In this document: positions 23,170-32,488 of the stretch, one piece after another
Layout of the letters: each line of letters opens with the position of its first letter
How positions within the stretch are numbered: the stretch's first letter is position 1
Source: a bacterium
GTDB lineage: Bacteria > Cyanobacteriota > Vampirovibrionia > Gastranaerophilales > JAILCC01
NCBI GenBank assembly: GCA_024680555.1
Contig: JAILCC010000003.1
Location: forward strand, 4,052-68,051
DNA length: 64,000 bases
Reading direction: 5' to 3'
Program-made: the position numbers and the translations under genes
Notes under the pieces: generated by a model
What the model was told of the DNA's origin: nothing
Seen by the model: the letters and a program-made list of their open reading frames with translations, nothing else
Database searches by the model: none

Positions 23170-24774
23170 TTACATTACGGAATAGTTCTTGGGTTGTGGA
23201 CCTGCGTTAACTATTTCTGAAGGCATGTTCGGATATTTTTCTCTGAAATTATCCGCAAACATTTGTGCAAGTTTATTTGCGCTTTCATCGTAAGCAGCTT
23301 TGTCTGCCCACATTCCTCTTGCATCAAGCATTTCATCCGGAACATTCGGACAAGATGTAGGATAATCAACGTTGAATACATCGTGATGTTTAAATTCAAT
23401 GTTGTCAAATGAGCCATTTAATGCTGCAGTAACCATTGCTCTTGTGTAAGAGAGTTTCATTCTCTTTGCGCCTGATGCAGCAGAGCCGCCTGCCCAACCT
23501 GTGTTTACAAGATAAACTTTTGTGCCGTATTGGTCAAGTTTGTCACCGAGCATTTTTGCGTAAACTGATGCATCCATCGGCATAAACGGTTCGCCAAACA
23601 ATGTTGAGAATGTCGGCTGCGGTTCTGTAACGCCTCTTTCTGTTCCGGCAAGCTTTGAAGTAAAGCCTGTTACAAAGTGGTACATTGCAGCGTTCTTATC
23701 CAATCTTGAAATCGGAGGAAGTACGCCGAAAGCATCTGCTGTAAGGAATACAACAACTTTAGGAATGCCGCCTTTTGAGGGAACTTGAGCGTTGTTAATA
23801 TATTCAATGGGATAACCTACACGAGTATTTTCGGTTAGAGTTCCGTCTGCGAAGTCAAATTCTCTTGTTTCGGGATTCATAATTACGTTTTCAACTAATG
23901 AACCAAATTTGATTGCGTTGTATATATCCGGTTCATTTTCGGCAGAAAGGTTAATACATTTTGCGTAACATCCGCCTTCAAAGTTGAAAATACCATCAGG
24001 AGACCAACCGTGTTCGTCATCACCGATAAGTTTTCTGGATGGATCTGCGGAGAGGGTTGTTTTACCTGTTCCTGAAAGTCCAAAGAACACTGCTGTTTCA
24101 CCTGTTTCCGGACACATATTTGCGCTGCAGTGCATAGGAAGAACATTTTTCTTTGTCATAATGTAGTTCATTGTTGCGAATACTGACTTTTTGATTTCGC
24201 CTGCGTATTGTGAACCGCAAATAATGATTGTGTGTGCTTCATAGTCGATAGCTATGCAAGCTTCAGAGTTTACACCGTCAACTTCCGGATTGCATTTGAA
24301 ACCGGGAGCGCAAAGAATCGTGTAATCAGGTTCGCCGTATGCTGCCAATTCTTCAGCCGTAGGTCTGATTAAAAGCTGATGGATAAACAGGTTTTGGCTT
24401 GCCAATTCGTTGATTACTCTGAATTTTTGTTGATAAGTTTTGTCTGCTCCTGCATAACCGTCAAATATGAATACTTCTCTGTTTTGCAAGTATGCAGCGA
24501 TTTTACCCTTAATTGAATTAAATGTTTCTCTTGAAATAGGTCTGTTTACTTTACCCCATGCAATATCATTGTGGATTGTTTCAGTATCAACAATGAATTT
24601 GTCCTTGGGAGAACGACCTGTGTATTTTCCTGTTGTAACAACAAGAGCACCTGTGTTGCTGAGGGTTCCTTCGCCTAATCTCAACGCAGCTTCCGTCAAT
24701 TGAGCCGGAGTCCAATTGCGGTGAACAGCTTTAGGTGCAATAATACCTAAATTTTCGATTCCGTATGTTTCCAT
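23170..24774 (-). CDS. pckA: Phosphoenolpyruvate carboxykinase (ATP)
   Basis: Kinase-1a motif FFGLSGTGKTTLSADPSRKLIGDDEHGW and the overall 534-aa PckA layout. Confidence 0.95.
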   Translation of the reverse strand: METYGIENLGIIAPKAVHRNWTPAQLTEAALRLGEGTLSNTGALVVTTGKYTGRSPKDKFIVDTETIHNDIAWGKVNRPISRETFNSIKGKIAAYLQNREVFIFDGYAGADKTYQQKFRVINELASQNLFIHQLLIRPTAEELAAYGEPDYTILCAPGFKCNPEVDGVNSEACIAIDYEAHTIIICGSQYAGEIKKSVFATMNYIMTKKNVLPMHCSANMCPETGETAVFFGLSGTGKTTLSADPSRKLIGDDEHGWSPDGIFNFEGGCYAKCINLSAENEPDIYNAIKFGSLVENVIMNPETREFDFADGTLTENTRVGYPIEYINNAQVPSKGGIPKVVVFLTADAFGVLPPISRLDKNAAMYHFVTGFTSKLAGTERGVTEPQPTFSTLFGEPFMPMDASVYAKMLGDKLDQYGTKVYLVNTGWAGGSAASGAKRMKLSYTRAMVTAALNGSFDNIEFKHHDVFNVDYPTSCPNVPDEMLDARGMWADKAAYDESANKLAQMFADNFREKYPNMPSEIVNAGPQPKNYSVM

Positions 24775-24928
24775 AAATATCTACCTCCATGTTTTGGAAT
24801 TTCTCTTTATTCATGGCTATTTTAATACAAAAGCAAAGAAAATGAAAGATTTTAATCATCATCAGTTGACTTGATTATTCATATATGGTACAAGTTCACT
24901 GTTGTGTAGTTTTTTTATGGGGTATTTT

Positions 24929-25786
24929 ATGCGAAAGAAACTACTTTTTTATATATTTGCGTTTTTGTTTATGGCTTCTATATGCGTTTTTGTTCCGGTT
25001 ACAGGGCATGTTTTGCAGCCAGCAACAGAGGGACGCACAAATTATACTTCCGATAATCATTTGACTTATTCGGGTTCATATTTTTATTATGACGGAATTA
25101 TATGCGGCGAAAACTGTGATATATATGGCAGAAATTGTAAAAAAGGCATTTGTGATGTGTCGGGTTGCAGTATTGCTAACGGATACAGCGTATTTATGAT
25201 AAAAAAAATAAATAATTCTTCGCATCTTGTTTGTTATAACCCGAATACGGAAATGGCATATTCGGCATATTCCAACTATAATATTGTTTCGTTCTATTTA
25301 GATAGTGTTGTATGCGGTCAAGATTGTGATTATGACGGAACAAATTGCCGTTCCGGCGGTTTATGCAGTTTTGCAACTTGCAATCAAAATGAAGGTTTTA
25401 CAGAATTTATAAGACAGGATAAGACATACTTGTGTTATAACCCATCTAAAAAACTTGGCTATTGGATAACATATTTTAAGGGCAGAAAGCAGTTTTTTTA
25501 CGATGGTAAACGGTGTGGTTTGAACTGTGATTATAATGGAAAGAATTGCGAATATGAGTCCGGCAGTTCTCCCATGGTCGGTATTTGTAATCCCGAAGAT
25601 TGTCCGCAAGGATATTATGTTCAGCAAGGGTATTGCAGAAAACAGGGAAGCGATAAATTGTTATACAAAGATAAAGACGGCAAATTTAAAAGCGCAAGCG
25701 TGCGTGACTTTAAATACGGTGTGCAAATGACCACTGGTGCAGCCGGATATTTTGTGCAAGGGGTTTTCGGGGCTATATTTAAGTGA
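24929..25786 (+). CDS. Secreted or membrane-anchored Cys-rich protein with three ~65-aa repeats
   Basis: Signal-peptide-like MRKKLLFYIFAFLFMASICVFVP. There are three units of the type (F/Y)YxD..CGxNCD(Y/I)xGxNC....C....C...GY.....CYNP, followed by a hydrophobic Gly-rich C-terminus GAAGYFVQGVFGAIFK. The start was chosen at ATG 24929; the track uses TTG 24902. Confidence 0.65.
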   Translation: MRKKLLFYIFAFLFMASICVFVPVTGHVLQPATEGRTNYTSDNHLTYSGSYFYYDGIICGENCDIYGRNCKKGICDVSGCSIANGYSVFMIKKINNSSHLVCYNPNTEMAYSAYSNYNIVSFYLDSVVCGQDCDYDGTNCRSGGLCSFATCNQNEGFTEFIRQDKTYLCYNPSKKLGYWITYFKGRKQFFYDGKRCGLNCDYNGKNCEYESGSSPMVGICNPEDCPQGYYVQQGYCRKQGSDKLLYKDKDGKFKSASVRDFKYGVQMTTGAAGYFVQGVFGAIFK

Positions 25787-25788
25787 TG

Positions 25789-26247
25789 TTAACAGTGATA
25801 ATTTAACCGTCTGCTGCGTCTGTTGCGATGTATTTGAACAAACTGGTGGGCTTGCCTTCTTTTTTCAATAATTCCCTTTTCTATGTTAATTCCTATGTTT
25901 TGAAGCTTTCTTGTTATTAGTCTAATATACATATTGCCGTCAAATTTTCCGGTAACATGTACGTCTCTAAACTGTGCAAGATATGCTTTTGCGGTATCTA
26001 TATCTATGATTTTCCATAACGGTCTGGAGCCTCTGTCATGATTTTTTGTAGCCGTTGCAAGTACAACGTTATCTAAACTTGAACGGTGTGTTCTTGAAAA
26101 TAGGGATATATGCTCCAGTGTTACATTTCCCTGTGTCAGAAAACCGCCGTAAAAGCCACGCCTAACCGTCGGAAGCTGTCCTTGCTTCCATAATGTTTTT
26201 AAAATCGAATGGTGCGAACCAAAACTAGTATTACTTTCTATTTCCAT
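25789..26247 (-). CDS. Hypothetical protein, possibly a His-Me finger (HNH-like) fold
   Basis: 152-aa ORF. The segment GNVTLEHISLFSRTHRSSLDNVVLATATKNHDRGSRPL loosely parallels the HNH pattern (EH ... N ... N-H/K-G-x-x-P). The C-terminus is basic. The call is weak. Confidence 0.35.
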   Translation of the reverse strand: MEIESNTSFGSHHSILKTLWKQGQLPTVRRGFYGGFLTQGNVTLEHISLFSRTHRSSLDNVVLATATKNHDRGSRPLWKIIDIDTAKAYLAQFRDVHVTGKFDGNMYIRLITRKLQNIGINIEKGIIEKRRQAHQFVQIHRNRRSRRLNYHC

Positions 26248-26308
26248 GAAAATTCACAATACAAAACTGTATGTTTAATACAATATCAAAAAGAAAAAAA
26301 ATTGCTAT

Positions 26309-27067
26309 TTATTTTTGTATTCTTCTTAAAAATTCTTCAAAATCTTCTTTTGTGTCAATTCCTACGGGTTTGTAATTTACCGTTGCTGTCTTGATTTTCA
26401 TGCCGTTTTGAAGCGCTCTTAATTGTTCTAGACTTTCTGCTTTTTCTAAATCCGATTGCGGCAGTTTTGACATTTTTAACAATGCTTCTCTTCTGTAAAC
26501 GTACAGTCCGATATGCGCATAAGTTGAAGCTTGGTTTTTGTTTCTTTCGTACGGCAAAGGACTCCTCGAAAAATACATTGCATAATCAAAGTTATCTTTT
26601 ACCGCTTTTACTACATTTGGGTTTTGGATTTCGGCTTCTTCTTCTATTTTTCTGATTAAAGTTGACATATCTGCATTATTATCATCAACAAGGACTTCTA
26701 TCGCTTTGTCAATGCTTGAAGGTTCAATCATCGGTTCGTCGCCTTGTACATTTACCGCAATATCTATATCTTCGTATTTGTTTAGTACTTCAACAAGTCT
26801 GTCACTGCCGCATTTGTGCTCTGTGGATGTCATGCAGGCTTTTCCGCCGAAACTTTCAACCTCGTCAAAAATGCGTTTGTCATCGGTTGCAACAATTACA
26901 TCCGATGCGAGTTTTGATTGTGATGCTTTTTCATATACCCATTGAATAATCGTTTTCCCCTGTGCCCTCAGAAGCGGTTTGCCTTCAAGTCTTGTCGAGG
27001 CATATCTTGCGGGAATAATTATTGTAATATTATTTGAGTGCGTAGAATTTTCCATTTTCTGCTCCAA
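26309..27067 (-). CDS. kdsB: 3-deoxy-manno-octulosonate cytidylyltransferase (CMP-KDO synthetase)
   Basis: IIIPARYASTRLEGKPLL N-terminal motif, VNVQGDEP and IGLYVYRREAL motifs. The start may instead be ATG 27055. It overlaps the upstream gene's 3' end. Confidence 0.9.
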   Translation of the reverse strand: MEQKMENSTHSNNITIIIPARYASTRLEGKPLLRAQGKTIIQWVYEKASQSKLASDVIVATDDKRIFDEVESFGGKACMTSTEHKCGSDRLVEVLNKYEDIDIAVNVQGDEPMIEPSSIDKAIEVLVDDNNADMSTLIRKIEEEAEIQNPNVVKAVKDNFDYAMYFSRSPLPYERNKNQASTYAHIGLYVYRREALLKMSKLPQSDLEKAESLEQLRALQNGMKIKTATVNYKPVGIDTKEDFEEFLRRIQK

Positions 27068-28130
27068 AATACACTGTACCGTTATTTATAACAGGAGTCG
27101 AATATATTGCGCTTCCTGTTCCGAATTTCCATAATAAGTTGCTTCCTGTAGCGTTTATTGCATAGATAAAGCCGTCGCCGGATGTAATGTAAACTGTACC
27201 GTCAACAACGCTCGGAGATGATAAAACCGCTCCGTTAGTTTTGCGTTTCCATACTTGATCGCCTGTTGAAACCTTTAGCGTGTAGACGTACCCTTTTCCG
27301 TCGGCAACGTGAACATGTCCTTTTACTACGGCAGGTGTGGCTTTAACCATTCCTGCAAGTTTTTTAACCCATACGGTTGAACCGTTTTTTGCATTTAAGC
27401 AATAAAAATAGCCGTCCGAACTTCCGAAATATATCCTGTCATTCGTTGCGATGGGTTTTGATTGTATCGGAGATTTCGCTTTGTACGTCCATACCACTGT
27501 TTTGGTTTTGGCATCATAAGCGTACATTTTTCCGTCATATCCGCCAAAGTAAACAATGCCTTTGTACATTGTAGGCGATGATTGAATAGGCATGTTATGC
27601 GCAATACGGTGTTCAAGAGAGCCGTGTTTCGTCGATATGAAATAGATATGTCCGTCAGCAGAAGTTATTACGACAAAATTTTTGGTAAAAATCGGCGACG
27701 ACATGATTTTGTTGCCTGTTGAATATTCCCAAAGATTTGCTCCGGTAGACAGGTGTAGGGCATATAATACACCGTTTTCACCAGCAACGTAAACGGTGTC
27801 CTTATTTATTTCGACCGAAGCTTCATCAACTTTTGTCGGAAGCTGTTTCGGGCTTTTCCATAACCTAGCTCCATTTGTTGTATTAAGTGCATTTACCACA
27901 CCGTTTTTGTTAACAAAAACTATTGTGTTTCCTGATATTGCCGCAGCCGAATTTATCCCTCCGTTTGTTGTTAAAACCCATTTTAACGTGCCTATGGGCT
28001 GCGCTCCTGATTTTATATAATTATCTCTCAATTGCAGGATAGGAGTGTAGTTTTCGTATTCCATTTCTTTGTTTTCGCATCCTGATAAAAACAGAATGAA
28101 TATAAACAATAAACTTAAAAATTTTTTCAT
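27030..28130 (-). CDS. PQQ-like beta-propeller repeat lipoprotein (BamB-like)
   Basis: Lipoprotein signal MKKFLSLLFIFILFLSGC. It has repeated G.(V/I)YA(L/I/Y)....G...W units (GVLYALHLSTGANLW, GKMYAYDAKTKTVVW, GYFYCLNAKNGSTVW, GFIYAINATGSNLLW). Confidence 0.75.
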   Translation of the reverse strand: MKKFLSLLFIFILFLSGCENKEMEYENYTPILQLRDNYIKSGAQPIGTLKWVLTTNGGINSAAAISGNTIVFVNKNGVVNALNTTNGARLWKSPKQLPTKVDEASVEINKDTVYVAGENGVLYALHLSTGANLWEYSTGNKIMSSPIFTKNFVVITSADGHIYFISTKHGSLEHRIAHNMPIQSSPTMYKGIVYFGGYDGKMYAYDAKTKTVVWTYKAKSPIQSKPIATNDRIYFGSSDGYFYCLNAKNGSTVWVKKLAGMVKATPAVVKGHVHVADGKGYVYTLKVSTGDQVWKRKTNGAVLSSPSVVDGTVYITSGDGFIYAINATGSNLLWKFGTGSAIYSTPVINNGTVYFGAENGKFYALK

Positions 28131-29044
28131 TATTTTGCCCTCGGATGTGCTTTTGAATACGCTTGTTTTAAGCGTTCTGTAGATACGTGTGTGTATATTT
28201 GCGTGTTGGAAATGCTTGCGTGACCTAACAGTTCTTGTACAACCCTCAAGTCTGCACCTTTTTCCAATAATTTTGTTGCAAAACTGTGTCTAAAAACGTG
28301 CGGAGATAATTTTTTACCCAATTGTAAATTGTCCGCTAATTTTAAAAATAACTTGTCAACGCTTCTTGTAGTCAGCCTGTAACCTGTTTGGTTTATAAAT
28401 ACGGGTGTGTCCTCGTTTATAAACTCTCCTTCTTTTGCATATTCTTTTCTGAAGTCATTTATGTACAAATTCAGATATTCTTTTGCTCGTTGTGAAATGA
28501 GGACAATTCTTTCTTTTGCGCCCTTGCCGAAAACAGTAATTTCGTTCTCTTCAAGGTTAAGGTTTCCAAAATTCAATCCGCAAAGCTCCCCTACTCTCAT
28601 TCCGCAAGCATACAATACTTCTAAAATTGCTCTGTTTCTTGCATTGGTTGGGGTGTCGGGCTTGACTTGATTCATTACGGTTTCTATTTCGTCCTCATTT
28701 AAAAAAGACGGAAGTCTTTTGGGCTTCTTTGGAGATTTTATACCGTCCACAGGGTTGTATTCAATAATTCTTTCTCTGTATAAAAACCTGTAAAATGTCC
28801 TTAGTGCGGCAATTTTTCTTGTTATGGTGGTTTTTGAATATTCAAAAACCTGAATCTGTGAAAGATAGAGCCGTATTGTATTTGTGTTCACGTCGGCCAC
28901 ATTTAGCTCTTTCAGCCAGTATAAAAAATGTTCAATATCAGATGTGTATGCTCGTAGAGTATGCTTTGAGAGGTTTCTTTCGACATCAAGATATGCCTGA
29001 AATTCTTTAAGCAGGTCGTTATTATTTTGTATTCTGTTTTCCAT
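28130..29044 (-). CDS. Tyrosine recombinase, XerC/XerD family
   Basis: N-terminal core-binding motif ERNLSKHTLRAYTSDIEHFLYWL and the C-terminal catalytic region HVFRHSFATKLLEKGADLRVVQELLGHASISNTQIYTHV. The start is set at ATG 29044 (MENRIQ). The stop overlaps the start of the BamB-like gene by 1 nt. Confidence 0.85.
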   Translation of the reverse strand: MENRIQNNNDLLKEFQAYLDVERNLSKHTLRAYTSDIEHFLYWLKELNVADVNTNTIRLYLSQIQVFEYSKTTITRKIAALRTFYRFLYRERIIEYNPVDGIKSPKKPKRLPSFLNEDEIETVMNQVKPDTPTNARNRAILEVLYACGMRVGELCGLNFGNLNLEENEITVFGKGAKERIVLISQRAKEYLNLYINDFRKEYAKEGEFINEDTPVFINQTGYRLTTRSVDKLFLKLADNLQLGKKLSPHVFRHSFATKLLEKGADLRVVQELLGHASISNTQIYTHVSTERLKQAYSKAHPRAK

Positions 29045-29185
29045 CTCTACGCCCAAGAAATATCTCCCGAATAGTGCAAGATTATTATACACATTTTTAA
29101 TAAAAAGTGAAGTATTGTTAACTTTTGGCAATTTAAAAAAAATATTTTAAAATAACTATAGGAGAGTATTATTGGGAAGAGATAT

Positions 29186-30622
29186 ATGAACACAAGTTTA
29201 ACCTCAAATAAAGATTACATAATGGAAAAGACAAAAAACGGCACGGAGTACTTTCATTTTATAGGTATTGGCGGCATAGGCATGAGTGCGCTTGCGCTGT
29301 GCCTTGTAAATAAAGGATTTAAAATTTCCGGTTCGGATATTGCAACAAATAACAACATAGAAAATTTGATTTCCAAACAGGCGAAAATTACTATCGGACA
29401 TAATCCGAAAAATGTCGAGGGCGCTGCTCTTGTTGTTGCAAGTAGTGCGATAAAACAGGACAATCCTGAGATATTAAGAGCAAGAGAGTTGGGTATTCCG
29501 ATTATTCACCGTTCTCAACTATTAGAAGCTATGATGTCGGGTTTGGGCAGAGATGAAAAACCTATTTCCATCGGTGTCTCAGGCACGCATGGAAAAACTA
29601 CCACAACCGGTATGATGGGAATGATTTTGGAACACTCGGGTTTGAAGCCGTCTATCGTTGTAGGCGGTATGATTCCCGCATTAAATACCAACTCTAAATT
29701 TGATAGCGGCAAATATTTTGTATCCGAGCTTGACGAAAGTGATGGTACTATCAAAGAATACAGACCTGATTATACAATCATTACAAACCTTGAAAAAGAC
29801 CATGTTGACCATTATGCCGACGGTTTGCAGCAGGTTTTGGATACTTTTAGAAATTATATATCAAACCTTGATAAAAATTCTAAAATTGTTGTCAATGTTG
29901 ATGATAAGGGGATAAATCTTTTATTAAAGACGATAGACTTTGACAATGTAATTACATACAGTCTTGATGAAAATGCAAATGCAAATTATTTGGCTCGAAA
30001 CATTATTGCGAACGGCTTTAATACAAGCGCAGATATATATAAAGACAACGACTATATTGGTACATTATATTTGACTGTTCCGGGTATTCACAATATTTCT
30101 AATGCACTTGCAACAATTGCGGTTGCCCTTGATTGCGGAGTAAGTTTTGAAGAAATTAAAAAATCGCTGGGGCAATTTACCGGAATGAAAAGACGTTTCC
30201 AACTTGCGGCAGAAATAAACGGAATTAAACTGGTGGATGATTATGCGCACCACCCGACTGAAATTGAAGCAACACTGAGAAGTGCAAAAGAAATAAAAGA
30301 CAAAAAAATTGTCAAACGAATAGTAGTCGTTTTTCAACCTCACAGATATACAAGACTACATGGCTTATGGGATGAATTTAAGACTTGTTTTGCAAATGCA
30401 AACCTCGTTTTTTGTACGGATGTTTATCCCGCAGGCGAAAGTCCGATAGAGGGGTATCTTACGAAAGACTTTTGCGAGCAAACGGGATACACTTATCTCC
30501 CCGGAACGCTTGAAGAAGTTGCGCAGAAATTGGATGGCAAATTCCAAGAAGGAGATTTAGTGCTTGCTTTAGGTGCAGGTTCTATTGTGAAACTTAATCA
30601 AATGCTAAAGGACAGAATATAA
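29186..30622 (+). CDS. murC: UDP-N-acetylmuramate--L-alanine ligase
   Basis: HFIGIGGIGMSALALCLVNKGFKISGSD N-terminus and the Mur ligase P-loop GVSGTHGKTTTTGM. ATG 29222 is an alternative start. Confidence 0.95.
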   Translation: MNTSLTSNKDYIMEKTKNGTEYFHFIGIGGIGMSALALCLVNKGFKISGSDIATNNNIENLISKQAKITIGHNPKNVEGAALVVASSAIKQDNPEILRARELGIPIIHRSQLLEAMMSGLGRDEKPISIGVSGTHGKTTTTGMMGMILEHSGLKPSIVVGGMIPALNTNSKFDSGKYFVSELDESDGTIKEYRPDYTIITNLEKDHVDHYADGLQQVLDTFRNYISNLDKNSKIVVNVDDKGINLLLKTIDFDNVITYSLDENANANYLARNIIANGFNTSADIYKDNDYIGTLYLTVPGIHNISNALATIAVALDCGVSFEEIKKSLGQFTGMKRRFQLAAEINGIKLVDDYAHHPTEIEATLRSAKEIKDKKIVKRIVVVFQPHRYTRLHGLWDEFKTCFANANLVFCTDVYPAGESPIEGYLTKDFCEQTGYTYLPGTLEEVAQKLDGKFQEGDLVLALGAGSIVKLNQMLKDRI

Positions 30623-31555
30623 ATGCTAGCTAACCATTCGGAAATTATATCTGATTATGAACTGAAACCATATACTACGTTGAAAGTAGGCGGAAATGCC
30701 CAAAAAGCTTACCTGCCAGTCAGTGTTGGCAGTATGATAGATGCGATTAAATCTGCCGATAAAAACGGAGAAGAATATACCATTATCGGTGCTGGTTCAA
30801 ACCTTTTAATCTCTTCTCAAGGTGTTGAAGGTGCGACAATTTTAACAAAAAATCTGAAAGATGTAATTCAAATTGAAGACAACAAGATATATGCTCTGTG
30901 CGGAGCAAAATCGTCAGCTTTTTCAAAAGCAGCCTATGATGCGGGTTTGAAGGGAGCGGAGTTTCTTATCGGTATTCCCGGTTCTATAGGTGGGGCTATA
31001 TATATGAATGCCGGTGCTCACGGACAAAATATTAAAGACATTATTGAAAGCGTAAAAGTACTTGATATGAAAACTTATGAGATTTTGGAAATTCCTGCAC
31101 ACAATCTTGACTTTACTTATCGTTCTTCTACTTTTATGAAAAAGAAATATATTATTCTTTCAGGTATATTCAAGATGGATAACGGTGACAAAAATCAAAT
31201 GAAAGAACTGATGGATTTTCACGTAAATTACAGAGCTGAGCATCATCCGCCTTTGACTGAATACAGCGCTGGTTCGACATTTAGAAATCCCGAGGGTGAT
31301 TATGCAGCTAATCTCTTGGAAAAAGTCGGGGCAAAAGAATATATAGAAAATGGAAGAGTGCGTTTTTCTCAAAAACATGCAAACTTCTTGTACAATTTTA
31401 ATAATGCATCATCCGATGATGTTGTCAGATTGATGTACACAATGTGGGACAGGGTTTATAAAGAATTTAACATCAAGCTCCATCCCGAAATCAGATTTGT
31501 TGGTAAAAAAACCGTTGAGGAAGAAAAGTTATGGAAAATTATGACAAAACAATAG
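30623..31555 (+). CDS. murB: UDP-N-acetylenolpyruvoylglucosamine reductase
   Basis: FAD-binding N-terminal pattern (LKPYTTLKVGGNA...IIGAGSNLLIS) and GSTFRNP in the C-domain. It starts 1 nt after the murC stop. Confidence 0.9.
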   Translation: MLANHSEIISDYELKPYTTLKVGGNAQKAYLPVSVGSMIDAIKSADKNGEEYTIIGAGSNLLISSQGVEGATILTKNLKDVIQIEDNKIYALCGAKSSAFSKAAYDAGLKGAEFLIGIPGSIGGAIYMNAGAHGQNIKDIIESVKVLDMKTYEILEIPAHNLDFTYRSSTFMKKKYIILSGIFKMDNGDKNQMKELMDFHVNYRAEHHPPLTEYSAGSTFRNPEGDYAANLLEKVGAKEYIENGRVRFSQKHANFLYNFNNASSDDVVRLMYTMWDRVYKEFNIKLHPEIRFVGKKTVEEEKLWKIMTKQ

Positions 31556-32487
31556 TTCCTTTTGATAGAAAAATAGGTGTATTGATGGGGGGAATGTCAT
31601 CAGAAAGGGGTGTTTCTCTCCGTTCCGGAAAAAACTGTTATGAAGCACTTTTGCGGCTTGGCTATAAAAATACCGTAATGATAGATGTGGACAAAGATGT
31701 TGCTGTAAAACTAAGAAGCGAAAATATTGAAACGGCATTTTTGGCTTTGCACGGAAAATACGGCGAGGACGGATGTATTCAGGGACTCCTTGAAATTATG
31801 GGAATTCCGTATACCGGCTGCGGTGTTGCGGCAAGTGCGATTTCCATGAATAAAGATATTACAAAGAGGGTATTGAGCCTGTTTCCTGAAATTCCTTTAA
31901 TAAAATCTCAGGTTGTAACAAAAGAAAACCTTGAAAACTTTAAACTTGAATTGAACTACCCCTTAATGCTTAAACCTGTTTGCGAGGGCTCAAGTATAGG
32001 AATGGTAAAGGTAGAGGCGGAAAGTAATTTTAATGAAGCTCTCTTGTATGCTTTTAAGTTCAGTAATTGTATTCTTATCGAGGAATATTTGGACGGTTTA
32101 AGCACTACTGTAGGCGTCTTAGATATTGAAAAGGAAACAATAGCAACTCCTATTTTGGCATTTCACCCCAAAAACGAGTGGTATGATTTTGAAGCCAAAT
32201 ATACTGCAGGTATGACAGAGTTTGAACTTCCGGCAAAATTGCCGGAAGATTTAACTAAAAAAGTGCAAAGTATTGCAATTATGTCTCACAAAGCAGTTGG
32301 TGCAAGAGGTTTGTGCCGTGTTGATTTCTTAATTACTCCTGACGGAAAGCCTTATGTCCTTGAAATAAATACTATCCCCGGAATGACCGACTTGAGCGAC
32401 TTGCCTGCCCAAGCAAAAGCAATGGGGATAAACTTTGACACATTGGTGAAAATTATTTTAAACAGTTCAACACTTGAAAATAAATAA
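31531..32487 (+). CDS. ddl: D-alanine--D-alanine ligase
   Basis: IGVLMGGMSSERGVSLRSG, LHGKYGEDGCIQGLLEIMGIPYTG, and ATP-grasp C-terminal RVDFLITPDGKPYVLEINTIPGMT. Confidence 0.95.
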   Translation: MENYDKTIVPFDRKIGVLMGGMSSERGVSLRSGKNCYEALLRLGYKNTVMIDVDKDVAVKLRSENIETAFLALHGKYGEDGCIQGLLEIMGIPYTGCGVAASAISMNKDITKRVLSLFPEIPLIKSQVVTKENLENFKLELNYPLMLKPVCEGSSIGMVKVEAESNFNEALLYAFKFSNCILIEEYLDGLSTTVGVLDIEKETIATPILAFHPKNEWYDFEAKYTAGMTEFELPAKLPEDLTKKVQSIAIMSHKAVGARGLCRVDFLITPDGKPYVLEINTIPGMTDLSDLPAQAKAMGINFDTLVKIILNSSTLENK

Positions 32488-32488
32488 T

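Noticed and set aside
28130-29044. Tyrosine recombinase as a marker of an integrated mobile element
   Set aside because: The sequence has the XerC/XerD-type core-binding and catalytic motifs. It is translationally coupled (1-nt overlap) to the BamB-like and kdsB housekeeping genes, and I saw no flanking direct repeats or phage/transposon genes.
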